Made by a program: the position numbers and the translations under genes
Shown here: positions 18,533-27,655 of the stretch, in pieces
Layout: every line of letters starts with the position of its first letter
Position numbering within the stretch: the first letter of the stretch is position 1
Origin: Parcubacteria group bacterium GW2011_GWA1_40_21
GTDB lineage: Bacteria; Patescibacteriota; Minisyncoccia; Phycocordibacterales; GWA1-40-21
Reading direction: 5' to 3'
NCBI GenBank assembly: GCA_000996205.1
Contig: LBYO01000005.1
Coordinates: 1,728 to 65,727, forward strand
DNA: 64,000 nt
The notes under the pieces: model-generated
Seen by the model: only the letters and a program-made list of their open reading frames with translations
What the model was told of the DNA's origin: nothing
Database searches by the model: none

Positions 18533-20815
18533 ATGGTCAAAGATTCAAAGAGTGGCGGCAAAGGAACAAGTTTTATTGAAAAGGTGCAAAAAAGAGATGG
18601 TTCAATCGCGCCTTTTGATCTAGGAAGAGTAACGAATGCGATCAATAAGGCTATGATTTCCGTTGGAGAAGGGTCGGAAGAAGAAGCGAAGCTCGTCGCC
18701 AACAAAGTCTTGGCCGATTTGGTGAGAATTGTCAAAAAATTCAAAAATTTCGTGCCGACCGTGGAGGGAATACAAGATACGGTGGAAAAGGAGCTCATAT
18801 TGAGCGAGTATGTGAAGACCGCCAAATCATATATTCTTTATCGCGACAAGAGATCAAAGCTTAGAGAGAAAGGAGTTCAAGTTCCGGAAAAAGTTCGCCA
18901 CCTGACGGAACAAAGCAAAAAGTATTTCAAGAGTCCTTTGGGTGAATTTGTTTATTACAGATCTTATTCAAGGTGGATTGATGAGGAGGGAAGACGCGAA
19001 ACATGGATTGAAACCGTTGACAGGTATATGAGTTTTATGAAAGAAAATCTCGGCAAGCTGGTGAAAGATTCTGAATATAAAGAAGTCCGCGAAGCAATTT
19101 TAAACCAAGAAGCGATGCCGTCAATGAGACTGCTTCAATTCGCCGGACCCGCCTCCAGAAAGACCAATGTGTGCGCTTACAATTGCTCTTTCATCGCCCC
19201 GTCAACATTCCAAGACTTCGCCGAGATTATGTATATTTCAATGTGCGGAACTGGTGTCGGTTTTTCCGTGGAAAGCCAAAATATTCAGGCTCTGCCGCAG
19301 ATCAAAACGCAAACAGGAAAGAAACTTCCGACTCATATAATCGCTGACACGAAAGAAGGCTGGGCTGACGCTCTCTATCTGGGAATAAAGACTTGGTATG
19401 AGGGCAACGACATAGAGTTTGATTATTCAGGGTTGCGTCCAGCGGGAGCGAGGCTTAAAACTATGGGAGGGAGGTCTTCCGGTCAGGAACCTCTCAAAAG
19501 ATTGCTTGATTTTTCGCGAATGAAGATACTCAAGAGGCAGGGCAGGCGGCTTACCAACTTGGACGCCCACGATATTATTTGCTGTATCGGAGATTGCGTT
19601 GTTTCCGGCGGCGTTCGCCGAAGCGCGCTTATCTCCCTCTCCGACCTTGATGACGAGGCGATGCGCGATTCCAAGAAGGGGCAGTTTTATTTGACTGAAC
19701 CGCAGAGAAGCATTGCCAACAATTCCGCCGTGTATCTTCAAAAGCCGACAAACGCCGAATTTCTGGACGAATGGGTCGCTCTTATGAAAAGCGGAGCGGG
19801 AGAAAGAGGAATATTCAACAGAGGAGGACTGGCGAAAACATTGCCGGAAAGAAGGTTGAAAGTTCTCAATGGCCAAATAGGCGATTTGGGCACGAATCCT
19901 TGCGGAGAAATCATACTTCAGTCAAAGCAATTTTGTAATTTATCTGAAATTGTCGCCAGAGCGGATGATGACGAGAAATCGCTTTTAAGAAAAATCAGAA
20001 TTGCGGCAATTTTGGGGACTTATCAATCCACTCTCACCAAATTCGGCTACTTGTCAAAAACTTGGGAAGAAAATTGCAAAAAAGAAAGACTGCTTGGGGT
20101 GTCCATAACCGGACAATGGGATTGTCCGGCAGTTAGAGATGCTAAAATTCTTCAGAAGCTTAAAAAAGAAGCTATCCGCGTCAATGAATTATACGCCAAA
20201 AGATTCAAAATCAATTCTTCAACCTGCATTACTTGCGTCAAACCTTCCGGCACATTGTCGCAGATGGTGGACTGCGCTTCCGGAATGCATACCAGACACT
20301 CGCAGTACTACATAAGAAGAGTGAGAATTTCGGCGACTGATTCTTTGTTTAAAATGCTTCGTGATCAAGGCGTTCCCTATCATCCGGAAGTGGGACAATC
20401 AAGAGATAACGCCAATACTTACATTTTTGAATTTCCGGTAAAATCACCAGAAGGATCACTTTTCAGAGATGACTTGACGGCACTGGAACAGCTTGAACAT
20501 TGGAAGCTCGTCAAAGAAAATTATACCGAACACAATCCGTCAATTACCATATCGGTGGGAGAAGAGGAATGGATTGATGTGGCCAATTGGCTCTACAGAA
20601 ATTGGGACATCATCGGCGGGCTGTCTTTCTTGCCGAGAGCCGACCATGTTTACCAAATGGCGCCTTACGAAGAAATTGATGAAAAGACCTACAACGAGGC
20701 TGTGAAAAGATTTGCTCACATTGATTTTTCCAAAATCGTCACATACGAAAAAGTTGATGAAACGGAAGTGAAGAAGGAGCTAGCCTGCGTTGCCGGAGTC
20801 TGTGAGATTGTTTAA
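18533..20815 (+). CDS. nrdJ: class II (adenosylcobalamin-dependent) ribonucleotide reductase with N-terminal ATP-cone
   Basis: ATP-cone at the N-terminus; active-site NPCGEI and CNLSEI motifs. Confidence 0.85.
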   Translation: MVKDSKSGGKGTSFIEKVQKRDGSIAPFDLGRVTNAINKAMISVGEGSEEEAKLVANKVLADLVRIVKKFKNFVPTVEGIQDTVEKELILSEYVKTAKSYILYRDKRSKLREKGVQVPEKVRHLTEQSKKYFKSPLGEFVYYRSYSRWIDEEGRRETWIETVDRYMSFMKENLGKLVKDSEYKEVREAILNQEAMPSMRLLQFAGPASRKTNVCAYNCSFIAPSTFQDFAEIMYISMCGTGVGFSVESQNIQALPQIKTQTGKKLPTHIIADTKEGWADALYLGIKTWYEGNDIEFDYSGLRPAGARLKTMGGRSSGQEPLKRLLDFSRMKILKRQGRRLTNLDAHDIICCIGDCVVSGGVRRSALISLSDLDDEAMRDSKKGQFYLTEPQRSIANNSAVYLQKPTNAEFLDEWVALMKSGAGERGIFNRGGLAKTLPERRLKVLNGQIGDLGTNPCGEIILQSKQFCNLSEIVARADDDEKSLLRKIRIAAILGTYQSTLTKFGYLSKTWEENCKKERLLGVSITGQWDCPAVRDAKILQKLKKEAIRVNELYAKRFKINSSTCITCVKPSGTLSQMVDCASGMHTRHSQYYIRRVRISATDSLFKMLRDQGVPYHPEVGQSRDNANTYIFEFPVKSPEGSLFRDDLTALEQLEHWKLVKENYTEHNPSITISVGEEEWIDVANWLYRNWDIIGGLSFLPRADHVYQMAPYEEIDEKTYNEAVKRFAHIDFSKIVTYEKVDETEVKKELACVAGVCEIV

Positions 20816-20916
20816 GACCTTTCTGCTTGAATGGCGTTTCATTTTTTCTTGCATATTTTTTTTAAAAAGGTTAGTCTTATTAGAAGTTCTTTATTTATTT
20901 TCTTTATTTTTTCAGC

Positions 20917-21108
20917 ATGGAAAGGAGAGGGAATATGTTAAAATCAGAGGTTGAATTGAGAAAGATTAAAGAAGCCAAAGAAGATGGGCGCGTGGATGCT
21001 GAAGGAAATTTTTTGATTGTAAACGAGAGAGGGATTCCGCATAATTGCAAGCCAACTTTCCTGATGAAAATCTTAGCGGCGCTCGATAAGTTTATGTATA
21101 GACAATGA
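20917..21108 (+). CDS. small hypothetical protein
   Basis: ORF only. Confidence 0.3.
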   Translation: MERRGNMLKSEVELRKIKEAKEDGRVDAEGNFLIVNERGIPHNCKPTFLMKILAALDKFMYRQ

Positions 21109-21124
21109 AATAAGTAAAGGTCTC

Positions 21125-21161
21125 ATGAATCCGTCAAAATTTTGACGGATTCATTTTTTAT
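21125..21161 (+). terminator. rho-independent terminator
   Basis: perfect palindrome atgaatccgtcaaaa/ttttgacggattcat followed by tttttt. Confidence 0.75.
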
Positions 21162-21190
21162 TAAAACACAGTAAAACAACGGAAAATAAA

Positions 21191-21246
21191 AATGTGTATC
21201 TTAATTCTGCTATCGCTGAATTAAGATACACATTTATTTTTTTTAT
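21191..21246 (+). terminator. second long hairpin followed by a T-run
   Basis: aatgtgtatcttaattc...gaattaagatacacatt followed by tattttttttattt. Confidence 0.55.
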
Positions 21247-21320
21247 TTAGTCTTTACTAGGACACCGCGCAGACGAAGAGTATTTTGCTCACACCTCCCC
21301 CATATTTCTTTCATTCCGTC

Positions 21321-21416
21321 TGTCATCCCTCGTATCAAGTACGAGGGCAGGCTCCCGCGAATGCGGGGATCCAGTTTCAGTCACTAATGGGGCGAATTTT
21401 TTCAAGGGAATGACAG
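21321..21416. repeat. 'gtcatccc...ggggatccag...gggaatgaca' repeat element (copy B)
   Basis: terminal inverted repeat tctgtcatccct / aagggaatgacaga enclosing ctcccgcgaatgcggggatccag. Confidence 0.6.
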
Positions 21417-21481
21417 AAGGAAGCGTGAGTGGGCGCAACGAAGACATTTGCGACCTTTTTGCTTTTATTGTATATTATTTC

Positions 21482-21918
21482 CGTCTTTGCGCCGGATAGC
21501 CACTGAGTTCCGACTTGCTCGGAGCTTAGAGGAAAGTCCGAACACTCTCCCTCCCCAGTTTTAGGCTCTCGAAATTTCTATAGTCTAAAACTGGGGAGGG
21601 AAACAGGGTAGCGGGTAACGCCCGTCTGGAGCAATCCAAGAGGTGCGAACAGAGACGCCAAACATCGAAAGATGTTTGGGCGCTTCCGAAAGGAGGCGTA
21701 GTCCAGCTCCAGTTTTGAGAGATTGATTTTTCGATAATTCAAAACTGGGGCTGGGGTGCAACGGCAAAATCCTTACCCGGGTGCAAGGCCGTGTCTCCCG
21801 ATGTAATGTCGGGGGAAGTGCCGCTTGAGTCCAGCGGTAACGCTGGACCTAGATAAATGGCTATACAATTTCGCACAATGCGGAGTAGACAGAATTCGGC
21901 TTATAGGCGCAAAGGCAT
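21482..21918 (+). ncRNA. rnpB: RNase P RNA (bacterial type)
   Basis: conserved GAGGAAAGUCCG (P4 5' strand), GGGUAACGCC, ACAGAAuuCGGCUUA (P4 3' strand); 5' ctttgcgcc pairs with 3' ggcgcaaag (P1). Confidence 0.8.
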
Positions 21919-21920
21919 TA

Positions 21921-21960
21921 AATCAAAACCGTTCCATACAAGTGGAGCGGTTTTGATTTT
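21921..21960 (+). terminator. rho-independent terminator after rnpB
   Basis: aatcaaaaccg...cggttttgatttt. Confidence 0.65.
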
Positions 21961-22127
21961 CCTGTTTGAATGAGGGTTTGAATTGCCGAAAAAGACGAGA
22001 TAGCCAAAATCTCCAAGAAAACCAACCCCTCCCAACCCCCCCCTTTATCAGGGGGAGTTCAGTTTTCCCCCTGACAAGGGGGATTAAGGGGGTTTGAATT
22101 TATTTTACCCTTTTCCAACTGTCAAAT

Positions 22128-22155
22128 TTGATAATGCGATTGCATTTGATATAAT
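22128..22155 (+). promoter_or_regulatory. sigma-70-like promoter TTGATA-N16-TATAAT
   Basis: near-consensus hexamers about 50 bp upstream of the 22206 ORF. Confidence 0.5.
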
Positions 22156-22205
22156 ATTAACTAATAGCTAATAATTTATTACAAAGTTATTTTATAAAAA
22201 ATAAT

Positions 22206-24668
22206 ATGGAAGAAAACAAAATAGAAATAAAAATCGGCAATCCGTCCAATCAAGAAACAAAGCCTCTGAAAAAATATTATCGTTCTGAAAAAATTTCTTA
22301 CATTTCTTTGCTCGTAAGCGCTTTTTTGCTGCCATTATTTTTTATACCGTCTCAATTCACCTTACTTGAATTGAGCAAAGTTTTGATAATGGTTTTAGGT
22401 GTCCTGATTTCTTTGGTTTTTTGGAGTCTGTCTGGAATCAAAGAAGGGAAATTTGAATTTTCCTCAACCGCCCTCTTTCCAAGCGCTTTCTTTATAATCC
22501 TCATTTATTTTTTGTCGGCGATGTTTTCCGGAAGCAAGATGAATTCGCTCTTTGGGCAGGGTTTTGAGTTGGGAACTTTCGGTCTGGTTTTTATCGGGTT
22601 CGCCCTTATGTTTATGGTTTCGTCTGTTTTTAAAACAAGAGACAGAATATTTTATTCTTACATATGTTTGATAATTTCATCCCTTATCGTATTTTTATTT
22701 CAAACGGCTAGACTTTTATCAGGCGCTGATTTTCTGTCCTTGGGAGTTTTCAAAGACATTACTTCCAATATGATAGGCAAATGGAACGATCTTGGTATTT
22801 ATTTCGGCCTCGTCGCCCTTCTTTCGGTTGTCACGATTGAGCTTACCAAATTCAGCAAGATGATGAGGTTTTTTCTGTATTTTATTTCCATAGCCTCGCT
22901 ATTTTTCATAGCTTTGATCAATTTTAAGGTCGTTTGGTTTACAATCGGCTTCTTCGCTCTCATTTTCTTTATTTACTCCATTTCCTTAAAAATGAGAGGT
23001 GAAACGACCAAGTCCGAGAATTCGTCGGGAGGTTCCAAAAGGACGCCTTATTTTGTTCTCTTCTTTCTCATAATATCAACGCTATTCATTATTGACGGGT
23101 TTAGAAGCAAACATATTATCGGCGACTCAATGGCTGATTATTTCAAGGTCTCCCATATTGAAGTCAGACCGTCTTTCCGTGGGACTTCGGAAATTTTGAA
23201 AGGAAGTTTCAAGAAAAATCCAGTTTTGGGTTCAGGGCCTAACAAGTTTTTAAATGACTGGCTTCTGTTTAAATCAGACGGAATCAACAATACGATTTTT
23301 TGGAATTTTGACTTTAGTTACGGAGTCGGCATCATCCCGACTTTTATAACCACGACCGGAATATTGGGTATGATTTCCTGGATTATTTTCTTCGGATTAT
23401 TTCTTTATATCGGGTTTAAGAATATTTTTATCAAAGTCGGAAATTCATTTTCACGCTATCTGATAGTTTCCTCATTTTTAGCTAGCCTTTATTTGTGGAT
23501 AGTCAATGTGTTTTATGTTCCGAGCGCCGTCATATTTTTTCTGACCTTCTTTTTCACGGGGCTTTTTATCAGCGTTCTTGCGAGCGAGAATTTAATACCC
23601 TTGAAGAGGCTTGCTTTCTTAAGCAATTCGCGCCGAAATTTCATCTTCGTGTCCATTTTGGCGATTATAATCATATCTTCAATCACTGGAAGTTATGTTT
23701 ATTTTCAAAAATTCTTTTCCAATATTTATTTTCAAAAGTCTCTGAATTCTCTGAACGGCTCCGGCAATCTTGATGATGCCGAAAGATACGCGGTAAAGGC
23801 GGCTTCTTTTTCAAAGAGCGATTCTTATTACAGATTGTTATCCGATATTTCTCTTGCCCGATTAAATTCTTTGTCTTCGCGGAAAGATCTCACAAAAGAA
23901 GCTCTGAACAACCAGTTTCAATCAATATTTCAAAATATGATTAAAAGTTCAAAAGCGGCCATTGATTACGACGGCTTGAATTATCAAAATTATCTCACCG
24001 CCGGGCGGGTATATGAGTCGATTGTGCCAATGGAGGGAGCCTACAAAATAGCTTACGAAAATTATAATAAAGCTTTGAGTTTGAATCCGAAAAGTCCGCT
24101 TATCAATTTAACGCTTGCCAGACTTGAAACTTCCAACAAAAACAACATCAAAGCGAAAGAATACGCAATAAAATCTCTTCAATTGAAAAATAATTATACG
24201 GACGCGGTGTTTCTTCTGGCTCAGATTGAAATAGCGGAGGGCAATATAAAAGAAGCGATTAAACTCGTTGAAGCGGGTTCAATTCTGGCCTCCGATAATC
24301 CCGTCGCGTATTTCCAATTGGGCGTTCTTAAATACAGCGACAAAGAAAAAAATTATAAAGGAGCGGCAGAAGCTTTTGAAAAAGCTGTGGCCATTAGTCC
24401 TTCCTATTCCAACGCGCGCTACTTTCTCGGTCTAAGTTATTACAATTTGGGAAAAACAATTGATGCGATAAGGCAATTTGAATCGGTTCAATCGCTCAAT
24501 CCCGACAACAAAGAGGTTGAGTTTATTTTAAAGAATTTGAGAGATGGAAGAGCGCCGTTCGCGAACGCCGCGCCGCCGATTGACGATAAGCCTGAAAAAA
24601 GAAAAAATTTGCCGGTGAAGGAAGATGGGCTGAAAGAAACAAAGAAGAAAGAGGCAAAACAGAGATAA
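22206..24668 (+). CDS. large polytopic membrane protein (O-antigen ligase/Wzy-like) with C-terminal TPR repeats
   Basis: more than 10 predicted TM helices over ~470 aa, then TPR-like repeats (AYENYNKALSLNP, ARYFLGLSYYNLGK). Confidence 0.5.
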   Translation: MEENKIEIKIGNPSNQETKPLKKYYRSEKISYISLLVSAFLLPLFFIPSQFTLLELSKVLIMVLGVLISLVFWSLSGIKEGKFEFSSTALFPSAFFIILIYFLSAMFSGSKMNSLFGQGFELGTFGLVFIGFALMFMVSSVFKTRDRIFYSYICLIISSLIVFLFQTARLLSGADFLSLGVFKDITSNMIGKWNDLGIYFGLVALLSVVTIELTKFSKMMRFFLYFISIASLFFIALINFKVVWFTIGFFALIFFIYSISLKMRGETTKSENSSGGSKRTPYFVLFFLIISTLFIIDGFRSKHIIGDSMADYFKVSHIEVRPSFRGTSEILKGSFKKNPVLGSGPNKFLNDWLLFKSDGINNTIFWNFDFSYGVGIIPTFITTTGILGMISWIIFFGLFLYIGFKNIFIKVGNSFSRYLIVSSFLASLYLWIVNVFYVPSAVIFFLTFFFTGLFISVLASENLIPLKRLAFLSNSRRNFIFVSILAIIIISSITGSYVYFQKFFSNIYFQKSLNSLNGSGNLDDAERYAVKAASFSKSDSYYRLLSDISLARLNSLSSRKDLTKEALNNQFQSIFQNMIKSSKAAIDYDGLNYQNYLTAGRVYESIVPMEGAYKIAYENYNKALSLNPKSPLINLTLARLETSNKNNIKAKEYAIKSLQLKNNYTDAVFLLAQIEIAEGNIKEAIKLVEAGSILASDNPVAYFQLGVLKYSDKEKNYKGAAEAFEKAVAISPSYSNARYFLGLSYYNLGKTIDAIRQFESVQSLNPDNKEVEFILKNLRDGRAPFANAAPPIDDKPEKRKNLPVKEDGLKETKKKEAKQR

Positions 24669-24886
24669 CCGTGAATTATGAAACTTGTCGAGGCGCGCTG
24701 TTTTCGGGAGGTTTTGAGTCCGGTGCCAGTTTTGATCTATGGAAAATTGCACAAACAAAACTGGTGCTGGACGAAAACTTCAGGATTTTTTAAGCTTCAA
24801 AAAATATGGACATTAAAAACAGCGCGCCGAGTAAGAGTTTCGTGATTTACAAATAGATAATCAGATAATCAATTTTTCTCGCGAAG

Positions 24887-26566
24887 ATGGTAAAAACTGT
24901 ATTAAAAATTTTTCACAGGGAGATAAGCGGACTTCATGAGGCCGCTTATCTTTTGGCGTTTTTCGCGATTATGTCCCAGATTTTGGGATTAATCAGGGAC
25001 AGGCTTCTCGCGTACTCTTTCGGCGCGAGTAGTACCCTTGATATTTATTACGCGGCATTTCGGATACCTGATTTTATATTTGTCACCGTGGCTTCCATCG
25101 TTTCAATTTCCGTTCTCGTTCCATTCCTCATTGAAAAATTGGATCAAGGCGCAGTTCTCGGCAAGAAATTCATTGATAACATATTTTCTTTCTTTTTCAT
25201 TTTGATATTCGGGGTCAGTCTTTTGGCTTATTTTTTAATGCCATATCTTGTCCCGCTTATTTTTTCCGGTCTAAACGAAACGGATAAGATGTCGGAGCTT
25301 ATAACAATCGCTCGCATTTTGCTTTTGTCGCCAGTATTTTTGGGACTTTCAAATTTCTTCGCGAGCATCACTCAAGTCTATCGCCGATTTTTAATATACG
25401 GTTTAAGCCCGCTTTTTTATAATATTGGAATTATAATCGGAATTTTGTTTTTTTATCCGATATTCGGCCTGAAAGGCCTTGTTTTCGGAGTGATTCTGGG
25501 AGCCATTTTTCATTTTTCCATACAGATACCTTTTGTCCGGAAGCAAGGTCTTATTCCCAGATTTTCATTTTCTATTGATTACGCTGAAATAAGAAGAGTC
25601 GTATTTTTATCTGTCCCAAGAACGATTACTCTCGGCATACACCAAATAGGACTGATTTTTTTGATTTCTATCGCTTCCAGAATGACCGAAGGATCAATTT
25701 CCGTGTTTAATTTTTCTTTGAATTTACAGTCCGTGCCCCTTTCAATAATAGGGGTCAGTTATTCAATCGCGGCTTTTCCCACTTTATCGCGGCTTTTTTC
25801 GTCAGGACAAAGAGATAATTTCTTGCGGCAGATTATTGTTTCATCAAGACATATTATATTTTGGTCAATTCCCGTGAGCGTTTTGTTTATAGTCCTCCGC
25901 GCTCAAATAGTGAGAACTATTTTAGGTGCGGGCAAATTCAGCTGGGAAGATACCAGACTCACGGCCGCCGCGCTCGCTCTGTTTACCATATCAATAGTCG
26001 CTCAAAGTATGGTGCTCTTGTTTGTAAGAGGTTATTACGCGATGGGCAATACGAAAAAACCTCTCTTTACGGGCTTGTTTTCCGGCGCGATGATAATTTT
26101 ATTTTCCTTTATTCTCATCGCAATATTCAACAATTTTCCAATGTTCCGATATTTTATTGAGTCTCTGCTTAGGGTGGACGATATTTCAGGAACGGCGGTC
26201 TTGATGCTCCCGCTCGGATACTCCCTCGCTCTTGTCGCCAATTGCGTTCTTCTTGGAATTTATTTTCACAGAGATTTTCCCGATTTTTTCAAAGCAATCG
26301 CCAAGACATTATTCCAGAGTTTCAGCGCCTCAATCATTATGGGCTTTGCCGCTTATTTAAGCCTTAATATTTTTGATAACATCTTTAATCTCAATACGCT
26401 CATCGGCATATTTTCTCAAGGTTTGTTTTCCGGATTAGTCGGCATATTCGCGCTTATCTTGACTCTAAAACTTTTGAAGAGCAGAGAAGCGGATGAAATA
26501 TGGAAAACTATGCATAAGAAAATTTGGAAAGCCAAGCCTATCTCTCCGGATGTGCAGGAGTTGTGA
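24887..26566 (+). CDS. murJ: lipid II flippase MurJ (MviN)
   Basis: LLAYSFGASSTLDIYYAAFRIPDF N-terminal signature; 14-TM architecture. Confidence 0.85.
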   Translation: MVKTVLKIFHREISGLHEAAYLLAFFAIMSQILGLIRDRLLAYSFGASSTLDIYYAAFRIPDFIFVTVASIVSISVLVPFLIEKLDQGAVLGKKFIDNIFSFFFILIFGVSLLAYFLMPYLVPLIFSGLNETDKMSELITIARILLLSPVFLGLSNFFASITQVYRRFLIYGLSPLFYNIGIIIGILFFYPIFGLKGLVFGVILGAIFHFSIQIPFVRKQGLIPRFSFSIDYAEIRRVVFLSVPRTITLGIHQIGLIFLISIASRMTEGSISVFNFSLNLQSVPLSIIGVSYSIAAFPTLSRLFSSGQRDNFLRQIIVSSRHIIFWSIPVSVLFIVLRAQIVRTILGAGKFSWEDTRLTAAALALFTISIVAQSMVLLFVRGYYAMGNTKKPLFTGLFSGAMIILFSFILIAIFNNFPMFRYFIESLLRVDDISGTAVLMLPLGYSLALVANCVLLGIYFHRDFPDFFKAIAKTLFQSFSASIIMGFAAYLSLNIFDNIFNLNTLIGIFSQGLFSGLVGIFALILTLKLLKSREADEIWKTMHKKIWKAKPISPDVQEL

Positions 26567-26583
26567 TGATTGTAAATTGATAC

Positions 26584-26688
26584 CTTGAATTACGAAATGC
26601 AAAAATTTAGGTCTGGTTGAGCAAAAACATTTAGAAGACAAAGAGGTTTTGCGACCCGAGGACCTAAATTTTTGCATTTCGTAATTCA
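26584..26688. repeat. MITE family B copy ('ttgaattacgaaatgcaaaaattt' TIR)
   Basis: about 24-bp terminal inverted repeats; second copy at 27494. Confidence 0.75.
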
Positions 26689-26804
26689 CAGATTGATAAT
26701 AAAAAAATGGGTCAAGCATAGACACTTGACCCATTTTGCCGCAAAATCCTTTGTAGAAAAAAGGGTATCTGCTCACGACTCTTTTATGCCCCTTGTGTTT
26801 TTTA

Positions 26805-26902
26805 TGTCATTCCCATGAAAGCTTGTCCTCGCCGCGATCGGGGATGGGAATCCAGATTCAATCAATGAGGACCTAGATTCCCGTCTTTACGGGAATGACA
26901 GA
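26805..26902. repeat. 'gtcattccc...gggaatccag...gggaatgaca' repeat element (copy C)
   Basis: atgtcattccc ... ggggatgggaatccag ... cgggaatgacagat. Confidence 0.6.
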
Positions 26903-27059
26903 TGGAGGCGTGAATAGATACTGTACAAGTACTTGCTTTTATTTGAATACGGAGTATAATATTTAAATCGGGAGATGTTCTCAAGGGTTTAAGTTTTTCT
27001 TAGCCATATGGGAAGGGGTCGCTCTATCGATGATTTATAAGAATAAATTAAGTTAGCAT

Positions 27060-27392
27060 ATGGCAAAGAAATTGTATGTCGGAAATTTGTCTTACGGAAT
27101 GACTGATGACGGCTTGAAAGACGCTTTCTCGAAAGTGGGAGCGGTTGATTCAGCCAACATCATTACGGACAAAATGACCGGCAGATCCAGAGGTTTTGGT
27201 TTCGTCTCTATGCCGAACGATGATGAAGCGCTTAAAGCGATTGATTCAATGAACGGTTTGGATCTTGACGGACGAAAGCTTACTGTAAACGAAGCGAAGC
27301 CTATGGCAGAGAGACCTCCAAGAAGGGGAGGCTTTGACAGGGGTGGTAGCGACAGAGGTGGTAATAGAGGCGGAGACAGAATGGGCTACTAA
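27060..27392 (+). CDS. RRM-type RNA-binding protein with Gly/Arg-rich tail
   Basis: RNP2 LYVGNL and RNP1 RGFGFV motifs; C-terminal RGG repeats. Confidence 0.88.
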   Translation: MAKKLYVGNLSYGMTDDGLKDAFSKVGAVDSANIITDKMTGRSRGFGFVSMPNDDEALKAIDSMNGLDLDGRKLTVNEAKPMAERPPRRGGFDRGGSDRGGNRGGDRMGY

Positions 27393-27420
27393 AAATAGTT
27401 TGTTCTCATAATCGCCTCAA

Positions 27421-27456
27421 ACAAAAACCCGACCTAACGGTCGGGTTTTTGTTTGG
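27421..27456 (+). terminator. rho-independent terminator
   Basis: aaaacccgacc taac ggtcgggtttt followed by tgtttgg. Confidence 0.75.
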
Positions 27457-27493
27457 CTGATTGATAATAATTGTATTTTCAGAGTATAATGAA

Positions 27494-27604
27494 CCCCGAA
27501 TTACGAAATGCAAAAATTCAGGTCCTCGGGTTATAAAAGCTATTTGTTTTTTTAAATGTTTTTGCTCAATAGACCTATAAATTTTTGCATTTCGTAATTC
27601 GGGG
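27494..27604. repeat. MITE family B copy 2
   Basis: ccccgaattacgaaatgcaaaaatt...aatttttgcatttcgtaattcgggg. Confidence 0.75.
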
Positions 27605-27655
27605 TAATAAAGTTATAAGTTTTTAATTTTTTTATACAATTTACGCAACATCACA

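Noticed and set aside
21585-21767. 60-aa minus-strand ORF
   Set aside because: It lies entirely inside the RNase P RNA gene.
22020-22100. G/C-rich tract as a G-quadruplex or tmRNA-like gene
   Set aside because: The G-runs are too few and short for a canonical quadruplex. No tmRNA motifs are present (tRNA-like ends, ANDENYALAA-type tag frame).
26575-27610. Possible CRISPR array suggested by repeated 'attacgaaatgcaaaaattt' units
   Set aside because: Only two copies. Each is bounded by terminal inverted repeats (MITE-like). There are no regularly spaced short direct repeats with unique spacers, and no cas genes nearby.
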